A model generated the notes under the pieces. That model saw nothing but the letters and a program-made list of their open reading frames with translations. It did not search any database and had not been told where the DNA came from. Of a DNA stretch of 64,000 nt, positions 23,718-37,281 are shown one piece after another (within the stretch, counting starts at the first letter, position 1; every line of letters starts with the position of its first letter). The position numbers were made by a program, and so were the translations under genes. Origin of the DNA: Schmidtea nova (taxonomy: Eukaryota); contig CM097882.1 of NCBI GenBank assembly GCA_044892505.1, positions 438,898,001 through 438,962,000 on the forward strand, given 5' to 3'.

Positions 23718-25698
23718 ATGGAAAGCAACAATTTATCTAACTACGAAAACGAAACCAAAAAGACATTATGGGACTTCTTTTTGCGTAAAGGAAACGATGC
23801 CGCGAAATGCAAGAATTGTAATAAAACTTTAAAATCCGTAGGAGGTTCTACCAGTGGACTACACTATCATCTTAGAAGTCAGCATCAAATTAATTTACTA
23901 AAGCGAGATAAACCAGACCCTTCTACGCAATTCTCTCAAAATAAAAGCGACTGCGCTGTGAGCACTTCAAAGGGTGGTATTATGAATTATTTCAGAAACG
24001 TAGTTGATGATACTCTTCCTGCAGTGATTTCTAGGATGGTAGCAAGGGATGGGTTACCTTTTGAAAAGTTTTGTACCTCTTGTGATTTGAGAAAATTATT
24101 AATTGCAAAAGGATATGATGTCCCAAAATCAGCAAATTCAATCAGAAAAATTGTAATGGATTACGGAGAAAAAATTAGGAATGAAGTACGTGGAGAAATT
24201 TCAAATCATAGCAAAAATGGAAGCAAGTTTAGCCTCACGTTTGATGAATGGACATCCATCAAAAACCATCGTTACATGAATGTAAATGTCCATGTTGAAA
24301 AACTGTTTTGGAATTTAGGCTTAACGCGGTTGCAAGGATCGATGCCTGCAGAAAAATGTTGTGAAACTCTGGAAAAAAAACTTCAGGAATTTGGACTAAA
24401 TTTTAATAGCGTCGTAGCGATAACTACAGATGGGGCAGCAGTAATGAAGAAGGTTGGTGTAGTTTTAAATATACATCATCAGCTATGTTATGCGCATGGA
24501 ATCCAGCTCGCGGTGGTTAAAGTTTTTTTACAAAAGAAAAAGTGAAATAATTGAATTAGCAGAAGAACCAAGTAGTTCCATAGAAGATACCGAAGATTAT
24601 TATGATGAAGATGATGATCTTAATGAAAATTTGATTATAGTAGTAACGGATGATCCAATAGTTCAATGTGATATCTCCCATGAAGAATTATTTCCTATTA
24701 TAAACAAAATACGAAGAGTAGTGAAAATATTTCGAAAGTCACCTACTAAAAATGATGACACTCTTCAAAAGCATGTCATCAATGAATTTGGATCTGAAAT
24801 TTCTTTAATATTGGATAGTAAAACCCGATGGAACAGCTTATTAGCTATGCTGGAACGTTTCTTCAAATTAAAATCCGCTGTGAGAAAAAGTTTAATCGAC
24901 TTGAATGTTGATATCAATTTTTCAGAAAATGAATTAAACTTGGTTAATGAAATGATAAATGCATTGGAACCAATAAAATTGGCAGTTGAATCTCTAGGCT
25001 CCTCAGATTTTACATTATTAAGTGCTGATGTAACACTCAAATTTATGCTTGATGAATTATATGAACAGAATACTGTTCTAAGCAGAGAACTTCAACGTGA
25101 ATTAATCCTTCGAATCGAAGAACGTAGAACAAATTACTCAGATGTGCTTCAGTTCTTACAAAATCCTTTAGAATATGAAATATCAAAGGATAACACAAAT
25201 TATGGATTATTTAATAAACTAAATAAAAGCGCAATAGTCAAAACTATTGTTTCAATTATTGAGCGCTTGGTAATAAATATTGATATAAATAATGAAACAG
25301 AAACTGAATCACCTGAAGATGAGACAATAAATTTGTCCGTAACCGTACCACAACAGTTGACAATGAAAGAACGGTTAAAAATCGCCATTCAAAGGAAAAA
25401 TGAAGTTAATTTTGACACTTTGGCTACTTCACCAATTAAAAACAAAAAGAAAATAGAGAATATCATCAAAAAGGAAATGAATTCTATTGCGGAGGAAAAA
25501 CGCCTTGGAACATATTTGGAATTAGCACAAAAATATTTGCATACAATAAAACCAACGAGTGTGGAGTCAGAAAGAGCCTTTTCTGCTACAGGAAAATTGT
25601 GTACGAAGATTAGATCAAATCTTAATGATCAAACAATAGATACAATTTGTATTTTACGTGGATATTTTGGTAAGCAGAAACATTTAGTTGGTACTTGA
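23718..25698 (+). CDS. hAT transposase with BED zinc finger; one +1 frameshift in a T7 run near 24525
   Basis: WDFF..KCKNC..TSGLHYHL..QH; FDEWTS, TTDGA, CYAH, TRWNS, SVESERAFS. Confidence 0.95.
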
Positions 25699-27509
25699 TC
25701 ATATCATGTGTAAAAATATTTTTTACTCTCTTTGTTTAACGAATTGTGAATGTAATATTTTTTATTTAATAATAATATGTAATAACAATGAATTCTAAAA
25801 CATTTAAATTTTCTATTATTTCTATCATTTTACCGGTAAATTACCGGTAAACCGATAAAGTGATGAATTTTTTACCGTTTACCGGTAAATGAAAATTACG
25901 GTAAATTTGAAGTCCCTAACACCATCCATACTAATACCACATGCAACAGTTATTTAAATACAATACACACACACTATCCATTTCAATCATTAGGATCTCC
26001 TACACTAAAAAATACAAAAAACAATACATCCACTCACCAACATACACAACGTGATTTCATCTAACAGTATTCACTAGCATCGTACATCCAGACAACCCCG
26101 TAAGTATTCATACAATCACATCCATTGTCTATCGGCTATCGCAGTAGTATCATTCCCAACATACAAACACATACAATCACATAAAATCATAACAATAGGG
26201 CATTCATTTCAAACGTACGATAAAATATACATACACACACCTCCGAACTTATTTCAATTTACCTCACCGAACCAAAACACGCCCCACATCCATACAAATT
26301 CGATTTTAATTCACTTTGATCAAATTGGTTTTGATATGTACCCATGAGTAACCCAACAAGCTCAACAAAGACCCCTGAGATAATAATTAACCCCTAATAG
26401 TTCCTGAAAAAACCCCGAAACCAAAATTACCTCTCCCAAAATCGACCATCAACGCTACCTAGTGCTTGAAGCATAGTTCAAACCACCCGATAATCATAAT
26501 ATACTAAAAATAGGTAGAAAACCAAAAATTATCATTTAAAGGAGAACATACGTGTATAATATATATTTTATTGTAGTAAATTATATTGTAATCAAAGAAG
26601 AAAATTCAAGAACTTAAACTTTATTTAGCACAAGTAAAATCTCAGACAACAAATCTTCAAATTCGAGTTTCGTTTTTTTCCAATGAGCACTCAATAGAAA
26701 TTCATAGACAATGAAATGTGAGAGCATTGTTACGAGAAAGGCATTATTCGCCTGGAATTTTCTTTCAATGAGAAATGTGAGAGGTCACTATTGATTTGGA
26801 AATTCTTCTTGAAGCATTTAACCTATGAAACTTCATGATATTTTGTTATTGTTATTGAACTTTAGTTAAATTCCATGTAAAGTGAAAACTACTAGGTGAT
26901 AAAATATTTTCTTTTAAAATAGAATTCCATTTCCAAAATAATCAGATTCGATTTTTTATGGAATATTGCAGGTTTTGAAAATGAATCGGATTATTTTTTT
27001 TGGTTTTTTTTGATGCGCTGGCTGCCATGCTGGATAGAGTGGATCCGTGTAAATTGCATTTGGCTCATAACTTGTTTAACAGGTTTCCTGTTTTCTGAAT
27101 ATATCCTTGTTCGATATAGATCACCAAGTTCGTGCTCCTTGTATGGAGAATATTATTTAATTTTCTAAAACGATCAAATGAGATTTACCTAAAAAACCAA
27201 AACGTAAAACTTACGACAAAGTCTTGGAAATTGATTGAATTCCATTCGAAAATAAATCGATAATTGTATGAGTTGGAAATTGAATTCCATACTCAAAATC
27301 CACCAATCACAAGTGATGATTTCTTGCATTCACACCTATATAGCTGTCAGTGATTAAGGATTTTTACCGATACCTTTAACCTGGGCGTTGGAGATCCGAT
27401 ATTTTCTAAATAAAATGAAAATTTGATAGTTAAATAGCACGCAAAAAACACAAACTTTATCTTTAAAAGGGATTTAATAATTGTATGGGAAAGATATAGA
27501 AATTTCGTT

Positions 27510-29017
27510 TGGTTGCTACTCGTCGCCAAGGCCTCGGCAAATTTTTGAAATTTTTGAAATTAAAAATTTTAGCAAAATTTTAGCTATATTTATTTTTGCC
27601 AGATAGACATTAGGTATAGGGGATAAGTAAAATTTAGTTAAATTTACCGACTCAAAAATATACAAATTTAAAAAATCTTGAAAATAATAAAAATTTAGCT
27701 AAAATCAACAGAATTGTATACCCCGAATATATGTGACGATCAAAGATTTTTCGATCCCCGAATTGAGTTGGCGATGGTATACTTGAGTATAAGAATGCAA
27801 ACAAAAATGAATGCGCCAAAACTCCTGTGTTTGAGACAATACTGTGTATAATAGTTGATTGTGAAAAATCAATAAATTTTTATCGATAAAATTATTTCAT
27901 CTTACTAATTTAAAATGAATATCTGTAATTAAATTGTGATGCTAAATGATGGCTTAAATGTGTTTTGAATGTGTGATATTAGATTTCAGAAATGAGCCTT
28001 GAACAAAAATAGGAAAAGATTCACCGGCTAACTTTAAAAAATGCCAGACATAATCGCCGGGTGGATCAGTGCTTCGCCGAGCTGGAGAAGACGAAAGCAT
28101 CAAACTCCGACGCCCTACAAATCATGACCTCAAGGATGGAGAAATTCCGAGCTCGTTGTAGAGAAATGGAGTCGATCTGGTCCGACAAGGAGACCGTCAA
28201 CAAAATAAAGAAGCAAAACCAGTTGCTTCTACAACAGGCTGAGATTGCGCGCATGCCGGGTTACGATGCGAGACCAGGAGCTCTTGACCGAAAAATTAAG
28301 GGTGGATAGTGGCATCATCGCTGCCATATTGCCGAAATCATCGTTTCCACCGCAGGAATTGTTCCCAGTGAGGATCGAGGAAGAAATTTTGACCCCTCCT
28401 GTTTCGGTGAAATCAACACGTCAGAAACCCAGCAAAGGAGTGATGGCTCGACGAAGACGTCGTCAAGAAGCGCGATTCATGGGGCAAATACGCAGAGTCA
28501 TCAGAAGTGATAGACATAACACTATTGTAATTTCTTGAATTGAACAAATAATATTTTATCTTGTAGATAATGTTGTATTTAATATCATATCTTGTAGTTT
28601 ATGTTTTTTTTTGATGACATTAAAGGTTTTTCTTTTGTGTTTGAATGCCTGAAGAGAATAAATTGATAAAAATCGATACTCGTTTTTGTGAAGAGAATCA
28701 ACTGAGGTTCGTTAGTAAATTTAACTCGATATAGCTTATGATTTTTACAAACTTCAGAATCTGAAAGTAAATAGTGCATAGAAGGGACAAAATGGGCATT
28801 AGACCTTCTATCGGTCGCCCTTGGACCCAGGAGATATTCGGTCAATCATAGTCTTGTATTGACGACGCTCACTGATTGCGAATACCCACCCATTTGTTGC
28901 ATTACCAACGTTACATAGTGACGGGCAACAAAATAGTTATTCTAATGTTTTATGTGTTGAGTTGTTGATGAGAGCCATAGCAACGTCAAGGTCATATTGA
29001 CGATCAACAACCCAGCA
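27510..29017 (+). repeat. LTR-like relic (family B) with a coiled-coil ORF remnant (28061-28538)
   Basis: Ends CCAGCA like the solo LTRs; shares the ACCTTCTATCGGT...GGACCC motif; layout (coiled-coil ORF ending in an RRR-rich tail) parallels 30219-30707; no TSD found. Confidence 0.55.
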
Positions 29018-29646
29018 CAAGGATGGTGTTATAATGCACGCACAAGACTTTTTAAGATTCAAAATATATTTATTATACAATGATTAGATATTAAAACAAA
29101 ATACTAAAACGATGATTAACACGATTATTGTTAATCATCATTGACAATATTATGATATCCTTTCATCAACAGCACCCACATCTATGTTTCGATCGATGTC
29201 TCCTACTGCGTCTAATGTCGGATTCGGCTGGTTTTTTCTCTTGCGTAAGTTGTGTGTCTTTGACTTCCTGGATCTGCCGGCGATCTGAGATTTGGTTATT
29301 GCTAACCAATGTCACATTGTCGTTCTGACTCTCGATAGTGATGTATGAAGTGTTGTTGCTCTTAGTCATGATAAATTCGTCCTCTTTTGGTTCCACGTCC
29401 TCACTGGCTTTGTACCAGATGTCCTGGCCTTGTTGAAATTTAGACATTATCGGAGCTCTAGGCTGTCGCCCGAAAATAATCTCTGCGGGTGATTTCCTCT
29501 TCGATGTCGATGAAATTCTGTGGTGGAATAGGATTTTCTTTAGGAAGGTATTGAAATCACAATGTGTCAGAAGCTCGTTCCATCCTTTGAGAGCTTTCTT
29601 GACAGTTTGTACAGCCCTTTCTGTCGATCCGTTTGATCTAGGGAAG

Positions 29647-31178
29647 TGTTGGGCCAGGCAAATCAACAAGAATCTGAAAGAAAAGTGAAATCAATAAATA
29701 ACATAAAAATAACAACCAAATAAAATTACTAAGCATGCAGCAATATGCAGTAGAAGCCGAAAGCACTGAAACATAAATCAAAATAGATAATAACAATAGA
29801 AACTCACCCATGCGAAATATCGATAGCTCAAAATCTGACAAGGCGTAGGCAGATATCACCGAAAGTCTACAAGAAAACAAATATTAACAAAAAATTTACG
29901 GATGATTGAACAACAACTTACCGAATTAGGTATATAGTCGATTATAGTCGATATAGTCGATTTCCTCTAAATAACTGAAGCATTGTCATAATGGATTACC
30001 TGTGTTTCATAGTTAATAAAGAAATGTTTTATCGATTGTGTTATTACTTGAATACATGTGGTAATAATGGGTGATGTCATCAGATTGATAAGGGATCCTT
30101 AGGGTAGAACCCAGATACCGATGATTGATAACGATGATAGTACATAAGGGGGGAATTGAGCGAGATGTGTGGAACCATGGAGGCAGAGAACATACTAATC
30201 CACCCACTTTTCATTTAGATGTATGCAGTAAAGAATCGTGACTACCGGGAAGAGGCAAGGGAATCTCGGAAGCGAGCCAAGGCCCTCGAAGGTCGGCTAA
30301 GACAGTTGGATACCGAGTTTCAGCTAATAAAGACGACTTGGTTCGATCCGGAACGAGTAAAAAGCATCCAACAAGCCAGATACCAGGCTGAAAGAGCAGC
30401 AGAAGAACAGGCGCGAGAAACAGCAGCGGTCAAGTTAGAGCTGAGCAACTACTTGTGGGCCTCTACTAAAGATTTCATTGAGCAACAGTTGAGACCGCTT
30501 ATCCGAACTAGTACCTTCGATCGATGGGTGCAGACTACTAGCGTCTCCATGGGCGTGCAAACTGATATGAACTTAAACCTGAGTTCAGACTCTCCGGAAA
30601 ACATTCAGAAATCAGAAGGATCTAAGCGTACCAAAAGAAGGAATCGACTGGGTGCTAAAAGGCGTCGAGAAAGAAGGGCTTATGCAGAACGAATTGGATC
30701 GAAGTAGATCTTTTGAGTGAATTAACGGAAAATCAACTGCTGGCCGTCATTAATTCTACTGTGTTGTTGAATTAAATAAATGTATTATAGTTAAAGTGTA
30801 TCTTTAGGAATGAATGTGGAATGAATGAGGATTTAAATAAACGAATGATTGAGTATATCTAAATCATTAATGCCAAAGGACATGAGGAATCTAAATCAAC
30901 CCTAGACATAATGAATTTAAATGAATGTGAGGGGACCGGAGAAAAACCACGCAAACCTTCTATCGGTAGTGGCGGACCCGTGAATAAATAAGGGAATAGT
31001 AGCCACAAGGTTGCTCACCTGCCTTATCATTTCACAACGTTGATACAGTTCCAACATGATGAGTAGTTAGGGATACATCATGGGTATCAGCGGGGAAAAC
31101 GTTTTATGTTGGCGGGATCACCCTAACCAATAATATCAAGCATGATCTCTGTTGAAACATCCGACCATCAAACCAGCA
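29647..31178 (+). mobile_element. Solo LTR (1532 bp) containing an ORF
   Basis: TGTTGG...CCAGCA ends; 4-bp TSD GAAG; removal restores integrase KSPAY-FPRSNGSTERAV. Confidence 0.88.
30219..30707 (+). CDS. Coiled-coil protein with basic C-terminus, inside the solo LTR
   Basis: 162-aa ORF, homologous to 47497-48096 (LKTTWF.PE.VK.IQQ.RY, RETAAVKLELSNYL, KRRNRLGAKRRRERRAYAE). Confidence 0.7.
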   Translation: MYAVKNRDYREEARESRKRAKALEGRLRQLDTEFQLIKTTWFDPERVKSIQQARYQAERAAEEQARETAAVKLELSNYLWASTKDFIEQQLRPLIRTSTFDRWVQTTSVSMGVQTDMNLNLSSDSPENIQKSEGSKRTKRRNRLGAKRRRERRAYAERIGSK

Positions 31179-34100
31179 GAAGTATGCTGGCGATTTTAGC
31201 TTCATTGCTCCTTGGCTGTTGATCCACGCGTTTAGCTCATGCGAAGTGAATTCCTGGGCATTATCCAAGACGAGGCATTCCGGGACTCCGAACCTGGTGA
31301 AAACAGTTCGTAAACACGTGATCACTGACTTCCTCGTTTTATCGGATGTCTTGAAGGCTTCAATCCATCCCGAACCAGCCTCTACAATAATGAGCACGTC
31401 GCCCACCTCTTTGATGTGGGCCCAATCCATATGTACTCTTTGGAATGGTTTTGCTTCTGGCCATTTGTGAATGCTCTTCTCTGGGCGAGGATGTAGTTTC
31501 TTGCAAATTGCGCATAACCTAATGAAGTTGTCGATGCATTTCTTCATTAGTTTTGGTGGAATAAATAGACGTGACCCGTGGTAAAGCAGTCCATCTTCAA
31601 TTGTTAGTCTGTCTGATATTTTCTTGAATGGCATTTATGATTGTGAGCATTTCGACCAATTGCCTTTCTTGATGCGACGCATGATATCTCTGGCCAACTC
31701 GTTTAGCGATGTTTCCAATCTGACCTCTGAGGCATTTAATAAGCCCTCGCTAAACTGGACCGTGAAAACACTCAATGTGTTCTTGGTTTTGATTTCCTCG
31801 TTTGCTTCCTTTTCATCGATGAATTTTAGTCTTGATAGCGCATCTGCATGCGGGATCTGCTTTCCCATAACATAGTACATTTCATAATCGTACTCCATCA
31901 ACAGCATGGCCCACCTTGAGATTCGATTGGATGTTCACCTTGGAATCGGTGATTCGCTACCGAATAGGGATTAGAGTGGTTGGTGGTCTGTATTCACCTT
32001 GAATTTCCTCCCTAATAAGAAGTGTTGTAGTCTAGATATAGACCATACTATGGCTAAAGCCTCTCTCTCTATGTTAGAGTAATTTCTTTCGGCATCCGAA
32101 AGTTTTCTGGAAATGTAGATCACAGGATGGCCATCTTGGGTTAGGACAGTTGCTACGGTCGTCAATGTAGCTTCCTTTTCGAGGCTGTAAGGTTGCACAA
32201 CTGGATACGTTGAAATTTCTTGTTTTGTTGCTTTGAACTGGTTCGAGCATTCCTTGTTCCAATCGAACTTTACACCTTTTTTTCTCAATTCATTGATTAC
32301 TCTTGTTTTGTCTGAAAAATTTGGAATTAACCTACCAAAGTTATTAATTAACCCGATGAAAGATTCTAATTCCTCCTTGCATGTTGGTTCTTTTATATTG
32401 TTTATTTTGCTGACGAGACTTTTATCAGGTGTGATACACTTTGACGATATTTCGAAACCCAAGAAGGAAACACTATCGGTAAGTTCAATAGTCTTTGCTT
32501 GGTTGATTGTAACTTTTTTCTCTTTAACGCGCAATTTTACCGTTTGCAGTCTTTTCCTTAGTGATTCTTCATTCTCGGCATATATCAGTACGTCGTCTTG
32601 GTAGATTAGTATTCCTTTGATATTTTTAAGTATTTGCTCCATTGTCCTTTGAAAGATTGCAGAGGCGTTCCTCATACCCATATGTAATCTATTTACATAA
32701 AACATACCTTTTGTCGTATTTATGCACGATATCTCTTTTGCTTCATCGTCTAATTCTATCTGCCAATATGCCGATGTGAGATCGAGCTTTGCAAATTTGT
32801 TGGAATTCTTTAGTTTTGAGAAAATTGTTTCGACGTTCGAAATGGGGTATGCATCGGTCTTTATCTTTTTATTGATATGCACTTTGAAGTCAACGCATAA
32901 TCTGAGGTCGCCATAGCTCTTTTTTACCCAAACCACGGGCGAAGAATTCAGTACGGGTTTGGTGCACGGAGAGATTACTCTTAATCGCTGTAACCTTATT
33001 AGTTCATCATTAACCTTATTTTCTAAAGCTAATGGTATTGGCCTAGCCTTACAGAACATGGGCTTCACATCGTCGATTAAATCCATAGAGGCTTTTATAC
33101 CTTTGATTGCTGGTAACACTTGAGATTCTGTTGTCTTCGTGAGTTGACACTGTAAGATTCCGTGTCGTGTCTGCTGCAGTATATCCACTCCTATTAGTCC
33201 GAAGTCCTTCATAGATTGAATGACTGTGATTGTTACCGGAAGCACTTGCTTTTCCCATTCCACAGTTGTCAGAAACGAGCCGTAGCATTGCATGATATGC
33301 CCATCGTAGGCTTCAAGCTTTCTTCTTGTCTTGTCAAGATTCGGTCTTCCCATGTCTTCCCACATCTTGGATGATATGATTGATACAGATGCCTGGTATC
33401 TTTTTGCATTTTCACTATCGTTGTACCTAGGAGGACAGGGTTAATGTCACTTGTAATATTATTTGAAGTGAACTGGTTGATGTATTGCGTGTCACTTTCA
33501 TCGGCTGACGATGTCTGATCTGCGAATGTTCCGTGTATCGACTTTGTCGAAGATCTGCAAGCTTTCGCAAAATGATTCATTCTGTCGCAATTCGTACACT
33601 TCTTTCCATATGCCGGGCATTTCTTTGGCTCGTGTATTCCGTCACAGTAATGACACCTTTCATTTCCTTTCTCTTCGAATTTCCTTGATGTTCCAAGGTT
33701 TGATCTTTTTTTTTAGTGAAATTGATTTCATCGGTCGTTGAGGTAATTCTAGGTTTTGTTCCATGCTGGAGGGATATGAACGTCGATATCTCCTCATATG
33801 TTTGCATTTGTGCGAGGATCTCGTTGCATGTCTGAATCCCAACACTCATTTGCAGCAAAATATTTTCCTTAGCATTGATGTCAGATATTCCTGATATCAA
33901 TGCCATGAGGAGCATATTCTCGCTGGGGTCAGTTGAGTCCTTCAATTTCTTGAAGTCACAATATATAGCAGCCTTCTTAAGTCTGATATAGAAATCTGCT
34001 AATTTCTCTTTCGGTTCCTGTCTTAGCTGATAAAATCTTGCTCTCTCAGCTATTACAACTTTGCTTTTCGGCTGTGTGTGGTTTAATAGCATGGCTTTGA

Positions 34101-34308
34101 TCTCGCTGAACGTCATCTCCTCTAGCAATTTGGGAGAAGCCATATCTTGGATTTTCGTGAGTGCCTTCAGTCCACATACAGATATGAAGTTGTCCATGAC
34201 TTGTCTTGATTTGTCACTGTCGACCCACTTATTGGCTCGACTCATCGCACCGAAAGCGGTTAACCATATTTCGACATTGATGTTGTAATCTAGGGTCAAT
34301 TCTTCCAA

Positions 34309-34319
34309 TCGTGACGCCA
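34309..34319 (-). promoter_or_regulatory. PBS, tRNA-Ser(CGA)-like, overlapping the gag ATG
   Basis: TGGCGTCACGA 1 nt after the LTR; A+TGG forms ATG GCG TCA CGA (MASR). Confidence 0.75.
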
Positions 34320-34646
34320 TTGTTATAATGCACGCACAAGACTTTTTAAGATTCAAATTATATTTATTATACAATGATTAGATATTAAAACAAAATATTA
34401 AAACGATGATTACCACGATTATTGTTAATCATCATTGAAAAAATTATGATGGATGGGGAAGGAAAGGTTTGCACATAGGGTATGTTTTCAACACAGGATA
34501 CATTTGCAATATATGATATTTTTTCAACGTATGATAATTTTCAACAGACGATAATTTTCCAATATACGATAGTCTTTCGACATGCAATTGCTCTCAATGT
34601 TCAATATCTTATACACGATAGTTTGTCACAGAACAAAGTCAACCAC

Positions 34647-35223
34647 AGTAGTAGGATGTGAGCCATCAGATATAGGTCAAGACCCCCCTAGAAATTTTTT
34701 ATCTAGGACAATTTAAGGGCACTTTAAGGCCAAAAAGTAGGTCGATTTAAGGTCTCGATGAGCACAAATTAAATAGATCAAAAAATTTTAAGGTGAATTT
34801 TAAGTTAAATTATGTAGGCCAAATATAATTTTCAAAATTTTTCTATGTCAGAATTAATTAGGTCAATTTCAGATCATGATGAGGACAAATTAAGTAGGTC
34901 AATAATAATTTTCGAAATTTTTCTAAGTCCGAATTAAGTAGGTCATTCTAAGAATACTTTAAGGTCAACAACGTAGGTAAAATATAATTTTCAAAATTTT
35001 TCTATGTCAGAAATAAGTAGGTCAAATATAATAATTTTCTATGTCAGAATTAAGTAGCACAAAAAAAAAACTTGAAAATTTTTTCTAAGTCAGAATTAAC
35101 TATTAATGGACATAAAATTTTGTGACTCATATGGCATTGTAAGAGCAAGTTTAATAAATCCACTGCAATCAAGCTGCAAGATTAAAAAAGAGAGTAATTT
35201 GATTTTAAGAGTAATTTGATGTT

Positions 35224-35263
<40 letters not shown>

Positions 35264-35693
35264 TTTTAAAACTTTGATAATAACATTTAAAATTAACACT
35301 GGTCTATAAATCGAAACTATAATAAAAATTTGTACAAGAAAAAACTAAATTTGATAATTTTAAAATTATTTATGTAAATCACGCACTGTCAATTCTCCAA
35401 ATTAGAGTTATAACATCTTTTGTATCTACTTTATAACCTTGAATTATTTATTAACCTTGAATTACTTATTTTTCTATGTTAGAAATAAGTAGGTCAAATA
35501 TAATAATTTTCTATGTCAGAATTAAGTAGCTCAAAAAAAAAACTTGAAAATTTTTTCTAAGTCAGAATTAACTATTAATGGACATAAAATTTTGTGACTC
35601 ATATGGCATTGTAAGAGGAAGTTTAATAAATCCACTGCAATCAAGCTGCAAGATTAAAAAAGAGAGTAATTTGATTTTAAGAGTAATTTGATT

Positions 35694-35780
<87 letters not shown>

Positions 35781-35960
35781 TTTTAAAACTTTGATAATAA
35801 CATTTAAAATTAACACTGGTCTATAAATCGAAACTATAATAAAAATTTGTACAAGAAAAAACTAAATTTGATAATTTTAAAATTATTTATGTAAATCACG
35901 CACTGTCAATTCTCCAAATTAGAGTTATAACATCTTTTGTATCTACTTTATAACCTTGAA
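34647..35960 (+). repeat. Family C repeat: tandem ~20-25-nt GTCAGAATTAAGTAGGTC units, ~470-bp internal duplication and (AAT)n tracts
   Basis: 35040-35460 repeats at 35510-35960; inverted homolog at 62100-62780. Confidence 0.85.
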
Positions 35961-37281
35961 TTATTATATTAATGAACCAGTGTTCTTGATCCTTTTATTC
36001 GATTGATTGGAACTATAGTGCCTCCGTCATTTATATCTTTATATTGTAATTTATTAAATATATACATATATATATATATATTAAATTAATAATATACTTA
36101 AAAAATAACAAACAACCAGGAGTTGTTTAAAAAACCAAATAAAACCAGCAGAATTTAAAATTACAGAAAGAAAAATGCACTTGCAGCATTTCAAAGTAGA
36201 AGAAAATCAAGCACTTTAAGAAAATGTATTGAGATATAAATTTGCAACCTGCTACTGTTGTAGCACTACAAAAACTCAGAAGTTTCCCCACGGATACTAA
36301 AAAGAACAAGCAATGTTACTTAAAAATAAATATTCTATTAGTGTTTATTTTGTATTTTATCTTTTATCCAATTAAGACAAATACAGAACGGGGTACAGAA
36401 ATTCAGAGCCCCACAGGAACGCATCATGAAAACGAGTTTTTCTGTTGTTGATGTAAATTGTTTCTTGCAACTTTAATTTTTATTGATTTTCAATAAAACT
36501 TTATTTAGTGCAACATCTTCTTTAGATATTTTTGCAGCTAAGCTGTCATACAATGAATTTGTTAATTTTATCTGATATATAATCTAAAAAGTATTTCTTC
36601 TACCAAGAAATACATATTTTAGTCATAATACATTTGGACTGGTTTGACTTCTGTCTTGATTTTTCTTTTAATTTCTTCTTTCTTGTTTTCTTCCTCATTG
36701 ATTGGGTTGTTAAACATTTTATCGTAAGTAGGAAAATTTGCTTTGTGTGAATGCATTTTAATAGTTGTGACATTATCTAAAAAATTGGCTTTGTATTTAT
36801 AGTCACGAGTTTATGTCTTTGTCCAATGAAAATGACACATTCAAATTGTGTATGTTATGCATGTGTGTATGTCTTTGTTACATGTTTTATTGCATGTGTA
36901 TCTTTGTCACATGTTATATATAATTGATGCACGTGTGTGTATCTTTATGTAGTTAAATGTTTTAGTTAATGTCTTTATTTAAAAGGTTTATGTATTTATT
37001 TAATGTTTATGTCTTTATTTATATGTCAAATTATTTAAAAATTATTTTAATAAAACCTCCATATTAATAAAAAACATATTACTATTTAAAATAAAAAAAA
37101 CTAAATACTGAACTTTAATAAAAACTTATAAACAAACTAAAATATGAACGATAATACATTTATTAAATGAAAACTACAAATGGTAAATGCAAATGTTAAC
37201 ATATAGAAACATAAATAATATTAACAATAACAATAAATATATTTTCAATATATTGTTGCGGTGATGATTGATTGTAATTTG

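Larger units (their letters stand above)
22650..25918 (+). mobile_element. Near-intact hAT DNA transposon (3269 bp)
   Basis: TIRs TAGTGACTGCA / rc TAGGGACTTCA; TSD ACACCATC (22642-22649, 25919-25926); subterminal TTACCGGTAA palindromes at both ends. Confidence 0.96.
22386..26182. repeat. Family D repeat copy 2, interrupted by the hAT insertion
   Basis: Uninterrupted allele at 1-522 reads CATTAACACCATCCATACT; here ACACCATC is duplicated around the hAT. Confidence 0.9.
29027..34451 (-). mobile_element. Ty3/Gypsy (Mag-like) LTR retrotransposon, decayed, with nested solo LTR
   Basis: 131-bp LTRs at 29027-29157 and 34321-34451; 5-bp TSD GATGG; gag (MASRLEEL, 34320), RT (CVDFK, YQDD), RNase H, integrase split at 29647-31178. 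Confidence 0.96.

Noticed and set aside
34700-35100. Regularly spaced short repeats resembling a CRISPR array
   Set aside because: No unique spacers, eukaryotic context, no cas genes
35096-35299. ORF with a poly-Tyr run
   Set aside because: Translation of an (ATT)n microsatellite
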